From contig QHWR01000042.1 of assembly GCA_003223835.1 (NCBI GenBank), positions 1 through 12,943 on the forward strand: 12,943 nucleotides of DNA, read 5' to 3'. Below, piece after piece: positions 6,362 to 12,943 of the stretch (within the stretch, counting starts at the first letter, position 1; each line of letters begins with the position of its first letter). The notes below the pieces were generated by a model. The model was not told where the DNA came from. It saw only the letters and a program-made list of their open reading frames with translations, and searched no databases. The position numbers and the translations under genes are program-made. The stretch comes from Acidobacteriota bacterium. Lineage in GTDB: Bacteria; Acidobacteriota; Vicinamibacteria; Vicinamibacterales; 2-12-FULL-66-21.

Positions 6362-6763
6362 TCATTTCGGCTCGAATCTCAGCGCGATGCCGTTGATGCA
6401 GTAGCGTTGCCCCGTCGGCGGCGGGCCGTCGGGGAACACGTGACCGAGATGGCTGCCGCACCGGGCGCAGTGCACTTCGGTCCGCGTGCCGTAGCTCCGA
6501 TCCACGGTCTCGCCGATCGCGCCCGCCGTCGGCGCATGGAAACTTGGCCAGCCGGTGCCCGAGTTGAACTTCGTGTCGTTCGTGAAGAGTTCCTGTCCGC
6601 AGCCCGCGCAATAGAACGTGCCGGCGCGCTTCTCGGTGTTCAGCGCGCAACTGCCCGGACGTTCCGTCCCGTGCTCGCGCATGATGTGGTACTGCTCGGG
6701 CGTCAGCATGCGCCGCCACTCTTCCTCCGTCCGCTGGACGGGGAACGTCTCCGTTTTGTTCAT
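6362..6763 (-). CDS. msrB: Peptide methionine sulfoxide reductase B (MsrB/SelR), zinc-binding type
   Basis: CAGCGQELF...[11 protein letters not shown] and [35 protein letters not shown] carry the MsrB signatures: two CxxC zinc-binding pairs, the GWPSF motif and the catalytic RYCINS-like motif. AGGA lies 8 nt upstream of the ATG. The start is 12 nt after the asmA stop on the same strand. Confidence 0.9.
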   Translation of the reverse strand: MNKTETFPVQRTEEEWRRMLTPEQYHIMREHGTERPGSCALNTEKRAGTFYCAGCGQELFTNDTKFNSGTGWPSFHAPTAGAIGETVDRSYGTRTEVHCARCGSHLGHVFPDGPPPTGQRYCINGIALRFEPK

Positions 6764-6774
6764 CGGCTGGTCCT

Positions 6775-8367
6775 CTAATCCTTCGACCCGAACACGCGGC
6801 CGACATCGAGACCGAACTTCGGGTCCTTCCGCATGCCGTTGATCTTAATCGGAACGACGGCCCCCGCGCCGTTCTTCCGAAACAACGGGTCGACGGCCTT
6901 CAGCAGCAGGCGCTTGACGCCGGTCGTGCCGGTCGCTTCGGAGATCGGCGCCTGCATCCGGAGCGTGCCGGCGAAGTCGAGCGCCTCGCTCCGCAGCGCA
7001 TACGTGCCCGCGAGCGTGATCTCCGCGCCCGGGACCCCGAACTGAAGGTTCGCGAACCGCACCACTCCGTTGCCCATCGTGAATCGCCCGCGCATGTCCG
7101 ACAGCACCCGGCCTACCGGCTCGTCTTTCTGCTTCCCTTGCCCGTGGCGGCTGAGATCGGTGATCTTGCGCTGCACTTCGGCGTCCGTGAATCGTGCGTC
7201 GTCCACGGCGAACGTCCCGTCGAGACGCAGGCGATCGGCGACCTTGCGGTGTTCCGGCGGCAGCACCAGCTTCGTCTTCATCGTCAGGCGTCCCTCCATC
7301 ACGGCCTTGGAGGACTTGACCGCGAGCTTCAGCACGTCTTCGACGCGCCCCTTCGGCATCACGACGTCGAGGTCGACGGTGCGGCCGTGGCCATGCGGCC
7401 CGCCGACGATCGCGCCGCGCGCGGTCAGCGACGTCTGGAGAAACTGCGCGTCCACCTGTTCGAGGTACGTGTCGCCGTTCGTGCCGTCCACGATGGCGCG
7501 AAAACGCGTGTCGAGCGGCACGCCCTGTCCCGCGACGTCTACGCTGAAGTCCGGTGTCTTCGTGGTGCCGTTGACGCGGATTCGCTCGAGCCGGCCGTAG
7601 AAGTTGCCTTTCGACGACAACGTCCCGCCCAGACCGTCGATCGTGTTCAGGTCCGCGTGGGTGAAGTCGTACTTGCCGTCGAGCGGCGAAGATCCGGGGC
7701 CGTCCGCGATCCACGGGCCGAACGTGCCGGTCGTCTCGATGTCGCCGCGCGGGATCGGATTGGTCAGCGTCGCCCGAAACGGCATGCGTCGATCGAAACC
7801 CAGCGAGTCGACGCGGAGATGATGAATCGTGAAACGTTTCGGTTCCCTTCCGGACTGCTTCGGCAGAATCGTCAGGACCGCATCGTCCGAGACGAGATGG
7901 TCGATGAGGACGGGGCCCTGCCGATCGGGTTCTTTGCCGCGCGCCCCGTCCTTGTCGTTGTCGTTGTCCTTGTCCTTGTCGTCCTCGTGCCGGTTCAGCC
8001 CGCCCGGCGGGATGTTGATGCGCAGCCCTTCCAGCATGACGCTCCTGAACCGCCGCGGCCGATGGAGAAGGCCGAGCACTCCGCCTTCCGCATAAAAATG
8101 CTTCACTTCGATCAATGGCGGGCCGCCGGTCTGACGCTTGTGGTGGACGCGCAGGCCGTCGCCCGTGATGCTCAGCGTCGGAAAGGTCGAGACGTGAAAG
8201 CTTTCCAGCTCGACGCGGGCGTCGAGGTGTTGACTCATCGCGTCGAGAAGTGCCGCGTTGAGGACGCTGGTGCGGGAGCCGCCGACGGCGACGATCCAGA
8301 GCGTGACGAGCACGCCGCCGAAGATGGCGATGAACCACCGCGCAACGCGCAGAGCGGGTTTACGCAC
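6775..8367 (-). CDS. AsmA-family outer-membrane biogenesis protein (530 aa) with an N-terminal TM anchor
   Basis: N-terminus [30 protein letters not shown] is a TM anchor. A large, soluble, beta-rich periplasmic region follows, with the general architecture and Gly/Asp/Thr-rich composition of AsmA-like proteins. An internal low-complexity [11 protein letters not shown] run is encoded by a hexamer DNA repeat at ~7948-7988. The family call rests on overall architecture and on remembered N-terminal similarity. Confidence 0.65.
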   Translation of the reverse strand: MRKPALRVARWFIAIFGGVLVTLWIVAVGGSRTSVLNAALLDAMSQHLDARVELESFHVSTFPTLSITGDGLRVHHKRQTGGPPLIEVKHFYAEGGVLGLLHRPRRFRSVMLEGLRINIPPGGLNRHEDDKDKDNDNDKDGARGKEPDRQGPVLIDHLVSDDAVLTILPKQSGREPKRFTIHHLRVDSLGFDRRMPFRATLTNPIPRGDIETTGTFGPWIADGPGSSPLDGKYDFTHADLNTIDGLGGTLSSKGNFYGRLERIRVNGTTKTPDFSVDVAGQGVPLDTRFRAIVDGTNGDTYLEQVDAQFLQTSLTARGAIVGGPHGHGRTVDLDVVMPKGRVEDVLKLAVKSSKAVMEGRLTMKTKLVLPPEHRKVADRLRLDGTFAVDDARFTDAEVQRKITDLSRHGQGKQKDEPVGRVLSDMRGRFTMGNGVVRFANLQFGVPGAEITLAGTYALRSEALDFAGTLRMQAPISEATGTTGVKRLLLKAVDPLFRKNGAGAVVPIKINGMRKDPKFGLDVGRVFGSKD

Positions 8368-8539
8368 TACCTGATCACTGCAAGACGCGTGCTGGAAAAC
8401 CAGGACTCATTACTGTCGCGCTGTTCGGTCGAGGCCGGGCCGTCGTTGATCTAATGGCGCACCGGGGAGGGCCGAGGTGTAGTAACTCCGGCGCACCCAT
8501 CAGCCTACAGTCATCGACGTCGCCGGAGGAGGCGAGGCC

Positions 8540-10510
8540 ATGGCTAGAAGTCAGGTCTTTGTCAGCTACAGCCACAAGGACGCGAAGTGGCTGGGCGAGC
8601 TGAAGAAGTTTCTTACGCCTCTCGTTCGGGACCAGCCGATCGAAATCTGGGAGGACACGAAGCTTCGCGCCGGCGACAAGTGGCTGCCGGGGATCGAAGG
8701 CGCCCTGAGCTCCGCGAAGGTCGCGGTGCTCCTCGTCAGCGCGAATTACCTCGCGTCGGACTTCATCGCGTCCCGCGAAATGCCCCCCATCTTCGAGGCG
8801 CAGACGCGAGAGGGGCTCCGGATCATCTGGATCCCGATCAGCGCCAGCGCGTACGCCGTGACGCCGATCAAGAACTTTCAGGCCGCGTCCGACCCCGCGC
8901 GGCCGCTCGATACGTTCACGGCCGCCAAACGCAACCAGCTCTGGGTGGAGATCTGCGACGCGATCGTCGAGGCGATGGAGCTGCCGGCGGCCGCTGCTGA
9001 AACCCCGGTCGAGGACGATGGTCCGGTCGAAGACCGAGTGGTGCTGCTGTACAAACGCGGCGCCCAGCCCGACGAACAGCTGCTCCACGCGCTCGAGACC
9101 GAGCTTGGCAGGCGCGGGGTTCCTGTGTGGATCGATCGGCACCTGCGCGTCGGGATGGATTGGGCGCGCGCGATTTCCGACCGCCTCGAACGGGCGGTGG
9201 CCGTGATCCCGCTGCTTTCCGCGCAGTCGGTGCACAGCGAGATGCTGTCCTACGAAGTGCAGGTCGCGCATCAGGCTCGGCAGCGCAACGGCGGCCGTCC
9301 GAAAATCCTGCCGGTGCGCGTCCAGTTCGACGACGCCCTCGTGTCGCCGCTCGACATTCTCAGTCCGCTGCAGCACGCGGTGTGGACGGGCGGTCAGGAC
9401 ACGCCGCGCGTCATCGCCGAATTGAACGCCGCCCTCGCGGCGGAGTCGCACGAGATTCCGCGCTACGTCCCGCCGGTCGGCGGCGCCCTGCCGCTCGACG
9501 ACGAGTTCTACATCGCGCGGCAGGCGGATACGGATCTGGCCGCGGCGATCCGGCGGAAGGAAAACATCATCCTGCTGAAGGGCGCGCGTCAGATGGGCAA
9601 GACGTCGCTGCTCATCCGCGGCTCGAAAGAAGCGCGGACGGCGGGCGCCCGCACCGTCTACATCGACTACCAGAAACTGAACCTCACGCAGCTCGTGTCG
9701 CTCGACGTGTTCTACCGCAGCCTCTGCGAGTGGCTGGCGGAGGAGCTCGAGCTCGAGGTGAGCGTCGAGTCCTTCTGGAACACGCGGCGCACGGCGAACA
9801 TGAACTTCGAGCGGTTCCTCGAGCGCGAGCTGCTCCCCCGGGTGGGCGGCCACTTCGTTCTCGCGATGGACGAGACGGACCGGCTGTTCGACTTTCCTTT
9901 CAAGGACGAGTTCTTCGGCCTGCTGCGGTCCTGGTACAACGAACGCCAGATGAACCCGGACTCGGCGTGGCGGCGCATGACGATCCTGATTGCCTACGCG
10001 ACGGAGCCGCACCTGTTCATCTCGAACCTGAGTCAGTCGCCGTTCAACGTCGGCCTGGCGCTCGATCTGGCGGACTTCACGCCCGAACAGACCGGGCGGA
10101 TGAACCAGCTATACGGGAGTCCTCTGACCGCGCTGTCAAAGGTCACGTCGTTCCACAACCTGGTGGGAGGGCAACCGTATCTCGTCAGGCGCGGCCTGTT
10201 CGAGATCCGCACGAAGAACTACTCCATCGAGCAGTTCGAGGAGCTCGCCGTCAAAGACGATGGACCGTTCGGCGATCATCTGCGCCGCATGCTCGTCGTC
10301 CTCGCCCGCAATCCGCCGCTCTGCGAGGCGATGCGGGAGCACCTGCGCACGCGCCGGACCGTCGCGACCGCGGACTTCTACCGCCTGCGGCGCGCGGGCA
10401 TTCTGGTCGGCGGGAGTCCGCTGGAAGCGAGGCCGCGCTGCCGTTTGTACGCCGAGTACCTGCAGCGACATCTGGACGCGGTCCAGAGCGCCGCGACCGT
10501 CGCGGGGTGA
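8540..10510 (+). CDS. Tandem TIR domains fused to an AAA_35-type (PF14516-like) P-loop NTPase domain
   Basis: GGAGGAGG lies 8 nt upstream of the ATG. TIR domain 1, VFVSYSHKDAKWLGELKKFL...IWEDTKLRAGDKWLPGIEGALSSAKVAVLLVSANYLASDFIASREM, matches the bacterial TIR_2 pattern (FISYsh.D......L...L......W.D...l..G......I..ai..s...i.lvS..y..S.wc..E). A second TIR-like module runs ~VVLLYKRG...VWIDRHLRVGMDWARAISDRLERAVAVIPLLSAQSVHSEMLSYEV. The NTPase region has Walker A ILLKGARQMGKTSLL, Walker B FVLAMDETD, and the family-typical C-terminal GGQPYLV motif. Confidence 0.8.
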   Translation: MARSQVFVSYSHKDAKWLGELKKFLTPLVRDQPIEIWEDTKLRAGDKWLPGIEGALSSAKVAVLLVSANYLASDFIASREMPPIFEAQTREGLRIIWIPISASAYAVTPIKNFQAASDPARPLDTFTAAKRNQLWVEICDAIVEAMELPAAAAETPVEDDGPVEDRVVLLYKRGAQPDEQLLHALETELGRRGVPVWIDRHLRVGMDWARAISDRLERAVAVIPLLSAQSVHSEMLSYEVQVAHQARQRNGGRPKILPVRVQFDDALVSPLDILSPLQHAVWTGGQDTPRVIAELNAALAAESHEIPRYVPPVGGALPLDDEFYIARQADTDLAAAIRRKENIILLKGARQMGKTSLLIRGSKEARTAGARTVYIDYQKLNLTQLVSLDVFYRSLCEWLAEELELEVSVESFWNTRRTANMNFERFLERELLPRVGGHFVLAMDETDRLFDFPFKDEFFGLLRSWYNERQMNPDSAWRRMTILIAYATEPHLFISNLSQSPFNVGLALDLADFTPEQTGRMNQLYGSPLTALSKVTSFHNLVGGQPYLVRRGLFEIRTKNYSIEQFEELAVKDDGPFGDHLRRMLVVLARNPPLCEAMREHLRTRRTVATADFYRLRRAGILVGGSPLEARPRCRLYAEYLQRHLDAVQSAATVAG

Positions 10511-10516
10511 TCGCCC

Positions 10517-12604
10517 ATGCTGACCTATTCCGATCGGATCACGCCCTTGCGGGCCGCGGACAACGCGTTCTTCATCACCGGCGGCACGCTCAGCCCCGGC
10601 GCGGCGAGCTACGTCGAGCGCGCGGCCGATTCGCAGTTGTACGACGTGCTGCTGCGGATGGACTTCTGCTACGTCCTCGACACCCGCCAGATGGGCAAAT
10701 CGTCGCTCATGGCCCGCGCGGCGCATCGCCTGCGCACCTACGCGAACTTCTCGGTCGCGACGATCGATCTGAGCGGGCTCGGACAGACCGTTTCCGCGGA
10801 CCAGTGGTACGACTCGCAGCTCGTCTCGATTGGGAAGGCGCTCAACCTGCAGCGCGAGCTGGAGGAATTCGCGGACGCACACGACCGCCTGGCCCCGCTC
10901 GATCGCTGGAAGCGCGCATTTACCGAGGTCCTGCTGCCCCGGATCGAGACGAACCTCGTCGTTTTCGTCGACGAGATCGACTACGTGCGCAGCCTGCCGT
11001 TTTCGACCGACGAGTTTTTCGCCGGCATCCGCGAGTTCTACAATCGCCGTCCGTTCGAACCGGAGTTCAACCGACTGACCTTCTGCCTGCTTGGCGTCGC
11101 GACCCCTTCGGATCTCATTCGATCGGACGAGACCACCCCGTTCAATATCGGCCGCCGGATAACGCTCACCGACCTCTCGGAAGAGGACGCGGGCATCGCC
11201 GTCCTGCAGACGGGGCTGTCGCGTGACGACCGCGTCGGGCGCGCGATGTTGCACCGGGTCCTCCATTGGACGGGCGGACACCCGTACCTGACGCAGCGGC
11301 TCTGCGAGGAAGCGACCAGGATCGGCCGCGACGGCAAACGGGCGTATACGTCCGACGCGCACGGCGTCGATGCCGCGTGCCACACCCTCTATTTGTCGAA
11401 GAGCGCGCGCGACCAGAACGACAACCTGCGATTCGTCGCCAAGCGGATCGAGGAGTCGGCGAATCCCGTGGAGGCGGTGTCGCAGTACGCGCGGATCCGC
11501 CGCGGCGAGAAGGTCCGCGGGACGGGAACAGAACCGTGGGTCGACGTCCTGCGCCTCAGCGGGATCGCGCGACTCGTGGGCAACGAGCTCGAGGTCAGGA
11601 ACGAGATTTACCGGCGCGTCTTCGACGAGGCGTGGATCGAAGCGAACCTCACGCCCGACGAGCTGCTCCGGCAGCGCCACGCCGCGCGCGATGCGCGGCG
11701 GCGCACGCTGACATATATGACCGCCGTCGGCGCGGTGCTGGCGCTGTTGGTGCTGACGCCTCTCAGTTTTCTCTTGTACTCGAAGAATCGCACATTGGAT
11801 TCCCAGCAGCGGAGCTTGGTGGACGTGACCCAGATGCTCCGACACAGGACGGCCGACCTGCAGGAGCAGCGCGACCGTCAGGCGGACACCAACAGGCAAC
11901 TCGCCGCAGCCGGAAAGGCCAAAGACGCGGCCCTGGCAGAGGCGAACCGTCGCGCCGTCGAAATCGCGCGTCTGAAGCAACAGGTCGAGACGCAGAAGGA
12001 CACCGAGCTGCGCGATCAGTGGAGTCTGTTCAGCTCACGCGACCTGGCCAACGCGTCCCGGTTCGAGCGAATGCGTCAGCCGGGTTTCATCACCGGAAGT
12101 CTGCTGCTCAGCATCGAAGCCGCCGGACGGAGTCCGAGCGCGCCTGCGTACACCGCGCTCGTCGAAGCCATGCAGCTCGCGGCGCCTCGCGTCGGAACAT
12201 CGCACCCGTGGCAAATTCAGACGGGCAGCGTCGGCGCGGCGCTGAGCGGGTCACGCCGCTACATCGCGATGTGGAACGCGGCAGAAGGCATGTGCGTCCA
12301 CAACACCGACACTCCCGGGACCGTCGCGTGTGTGCCTCTCAATGACGCATCGCGCGGTGCCGTGGACGACAACGGCAACCGGACATCTGCAATGCGTGCC
12401 CAGAGGACGCGAGCCTGTCCCGTGCGCCGGCGCGCCCGACGCGATCGCCAAGCCCATCTTCAGCACGGACGGGAAGTATGTCGGCTGGCTCTCGGGCACG
12501 GGGTCGAACCAGCTGCACATCCTGGACCTGGCGACGGGAAGCCCGGCCGACGTTTCCGATCTGAACGCGCTGCTGCCCCGCGAACAAGAGACCGGCTCGC
12601 CTGA
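10517..12604 (+). CDS. AAA_35-type NTPase, then a single TM helix, a long coiled coil and a beta-propeller-like C-terminal region (paralogue of the upstream gene's NTPase domain); the 3' end is disrupted by an apparent frameshift
   Basis: Walker A YVLDTRQMGKSSLMARA, Walker B LVVFVDEID and the family motif HWTGGHPYLTQRL are present. The TM helix is TYMTAVGAVLALLVLTPLSFLLY. It is followed by ~90 aa of Q/R/E/A-rich coiled coil, then IAMWNAAEGMCVHNTDTPGTVACVPLNDASRGAVDDNGN. From ~12400 the annotated frame turns into Arg-rich noise (RTRACPVRRRARRDRQ...) up to the stop at 12602-12604, so the last ~200 nt of this ORF are probably not the real frame. The start is 6 nt after the TIR gene stop, suggesting translational coupling. 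Confidence 0.7.
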   Translation: MLTYSDRITPLRAADNAFFITGGTLSPGAASYVERAADSQLYDVLLRMDFCYVLDTRQMGKSSLMARAAHRLRTYANFSVATIDLSGLGQTVSADQWYDSQLVSIGKALNLQRELEEFADAHDRLAPLDRWKRAFTEVLLPRIETNLVVFVDEIDYVRSLPFSTDEFFAGIREFYNRRPFEPEFNRLTFCLLGVATPSDLIRSDETTPFNIGRRITLTDLSEEDAGIAVLQTGLSRDDRVGRAMLHRVLHWTGGHPYLTQRLCEEATRIGRDGKRAYTSDAHGVDAACHTLYLSKSARDQNDNLRFVAKRIEESANPVEAVSQYARIRRGEKVRGTGTEPWVDVLRLSGIARLVGNELEVRNEIYRRVFDEAWIEANLTPDELLRQRHAARDARRRTLTYMTAVGAVLALLVLTPLSFLLYSKNRTLDSQQRSLVDVTQMLRHRTADLQEQRDRQADTNRQLAAAGKAKDAALAEANRRAVEIARLKQQVETQKDTELRDQWSLFSSRDLANASRFERMRQPGFITGSLLLSIEAAGRSPSAPAYTALVEAMQLAAPRVGTSHPWQIQTGSVGAALSGSRRYIAMWNAAEGMCVHNTDTPGTVACVPLNDASRGAVDDNGNRTSAMRAQRTRACPVRRRARRDRQAHLQHGREVCRLALGHGVEPAAHPGPGDGKPGRRFRSERAAAPRTRDRLA

Positions 12605-12943
12605 CTCGCTCACACGGTCCTCCGCCCCCGGCGAAACCGCGGCGGCCGATGACTCGCCGGAGTTGTTGCAGGTCGGCGATGGCGGGAGGTACGCGCTGCT
12701 GGCGGCGCGAGACTCCGTCTGGATCTACCGAGTCGGCTCGGACACCGTCGCGCGCGCACCGGACGCGACCGCGCTGCTGGTGAGTTCGCCCGATACGGGG
12801 GAGAGCCTGCTCGCCACGCCGCGAGGACTGTGGTCGCTGACCGCCGCGGCGAAAGGCCTCGCGCTTGCAAAATCACCGACGACGGCGTTCGAGGACAGGG
12901 CGGGAATCGGCCGTTATGACGCCAACGATCCGTGGCTGCCGAT
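12342..12943 (+). CDS. +1-frame continuation, or a separate downstream ORF; beta-propeller-like C-terminal segment, 3'-partial (runs off the window)
   Basis: The frame ≡0 mod 3 is open from 12246 to the end of the window. It reads ...APDAIAKPIFSTDGKYVGWLSGTGSNQLHILDLATGSPADVSDLNALLP...DSVWIYRVGSDTVARAPDATALLVSSPDTGESLLATPRGLWSL, with protein-like composition and propeller-blade-like motifs (xDGKYVxW, LxxxDxxTGS). The first ATG in this frame is at 12342. This is most simply the true C-terminus of the 10517 gene after a +1 shift near 12340-12420. Confidence 0.4.
   Translation, partial: MTHRAVPWTTTATGHLQCVPRGREPVPCAGAPDAIAKPIFSTDGKYVGWLSGTGSNQLHILDLATGSPADVSDLNALLPREQETGSPDSLTRSSAPGETAAADDSPELLQVGDGGRYALLAARDSVWIYRVGSDTVARAPDATALLVSSPDTGESLLATPRGLWSLTAAAKGLALAKSPTTAFEDRAGIGRYDANDPWLP

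Noticed and set aside
5091-6404. 437-aa + ORF crossing the divergent promoter region and out of frame with the zinc-ribbon gene
   Set aside because: It runs through the SPFH gene antisense and the intergenic repeats. Its second half is poly-Arg noise. The real gene there is 5608-6330.
6845-8454. 497-aa (-) and 438-aa (+) ORFs overlapping the asmA locus
   Set aside because: These are alternative-frame or antisense Arg-rich translations. The 6775-8367 frame gives an N-terminal TM anchor and a protein-like periplasmic domain.
8375-10012. 545-aa minus-strand ORF antisense to the TIR-NTPase gene
   Set aside because: It is Arg/Glu/Leu-rich shadow ORF opposite a gene with clear TIR and P-loop motifs, with no independent motif support.
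10136-11980. 614-aa minus-strand ORF antisense to the second NTPase gene, and the 9127-11226 (+) 699-aa ORF
   Set aside because: Both are Arg/Gly/Pro-rich off-frame or antisense products. The in-frame genes at 8540 and 10517 have Walker A/B and family motifs.
12251-12876. Minus-strand ORFs 12251-12613 and 12610-12876
   Set aside because: Both are Arg/Ser/Pro-rich and antisense to a plus-strand frame with protein-like, propeller-type sequence.

Overview
This is a high-GC (roughly 65-70% by eye) bacterial chromosomal window with 10-11 supportable genes and an unusual density of short tandem-repeat elements. The AsmA-family gene suggests a diderm organism. Layout from 5' to 3' follows. (i) A short YD/RHS-repeat protein with an N-terminal membrane anchor (299-1582, +). 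(ii) A 510-bp intergenic region carrying two different tandem-repeat arrays (45-bp x4, then 24-bp x5-6), upstream of a small signal-peptide protein (2094-2552, +). (iii) A minus-strand operon: SPFH/band-7 protein with a C-terminal excisionase-type HTH (4442-5470), then a double-zinc-ribbon protein with a C-terminal TM helix (3333-4427), then msrA (2636-3286). A multi-zinc-ribbon (zf-TFIIB-like) protein is transcribed divergently from this operon (5608-6330, +). (iv) A minus-strand asmA-msrB operon (6362-8367). (v) A plus-strand two-gene operon that I consider the most likely undescribed system. Gene 1 (8540-10510) is tandem TIR domains fused to an AAA_35-type (PF14516-like) NTPase. Gene 2 (10517 onward) is a paralogous AAA_35 NTPase followed by a TM helix, a coiled coil and a beta-propeller-like C-terminal region. 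An apparent +1 frameshift near 12340-12420 interrupts gene 2. Three intergenic hairpins and one single-arm array are built from heptanucleotide tandem repeats (STRR-like). All functional calls rest on remembered family motifs, not on searches.
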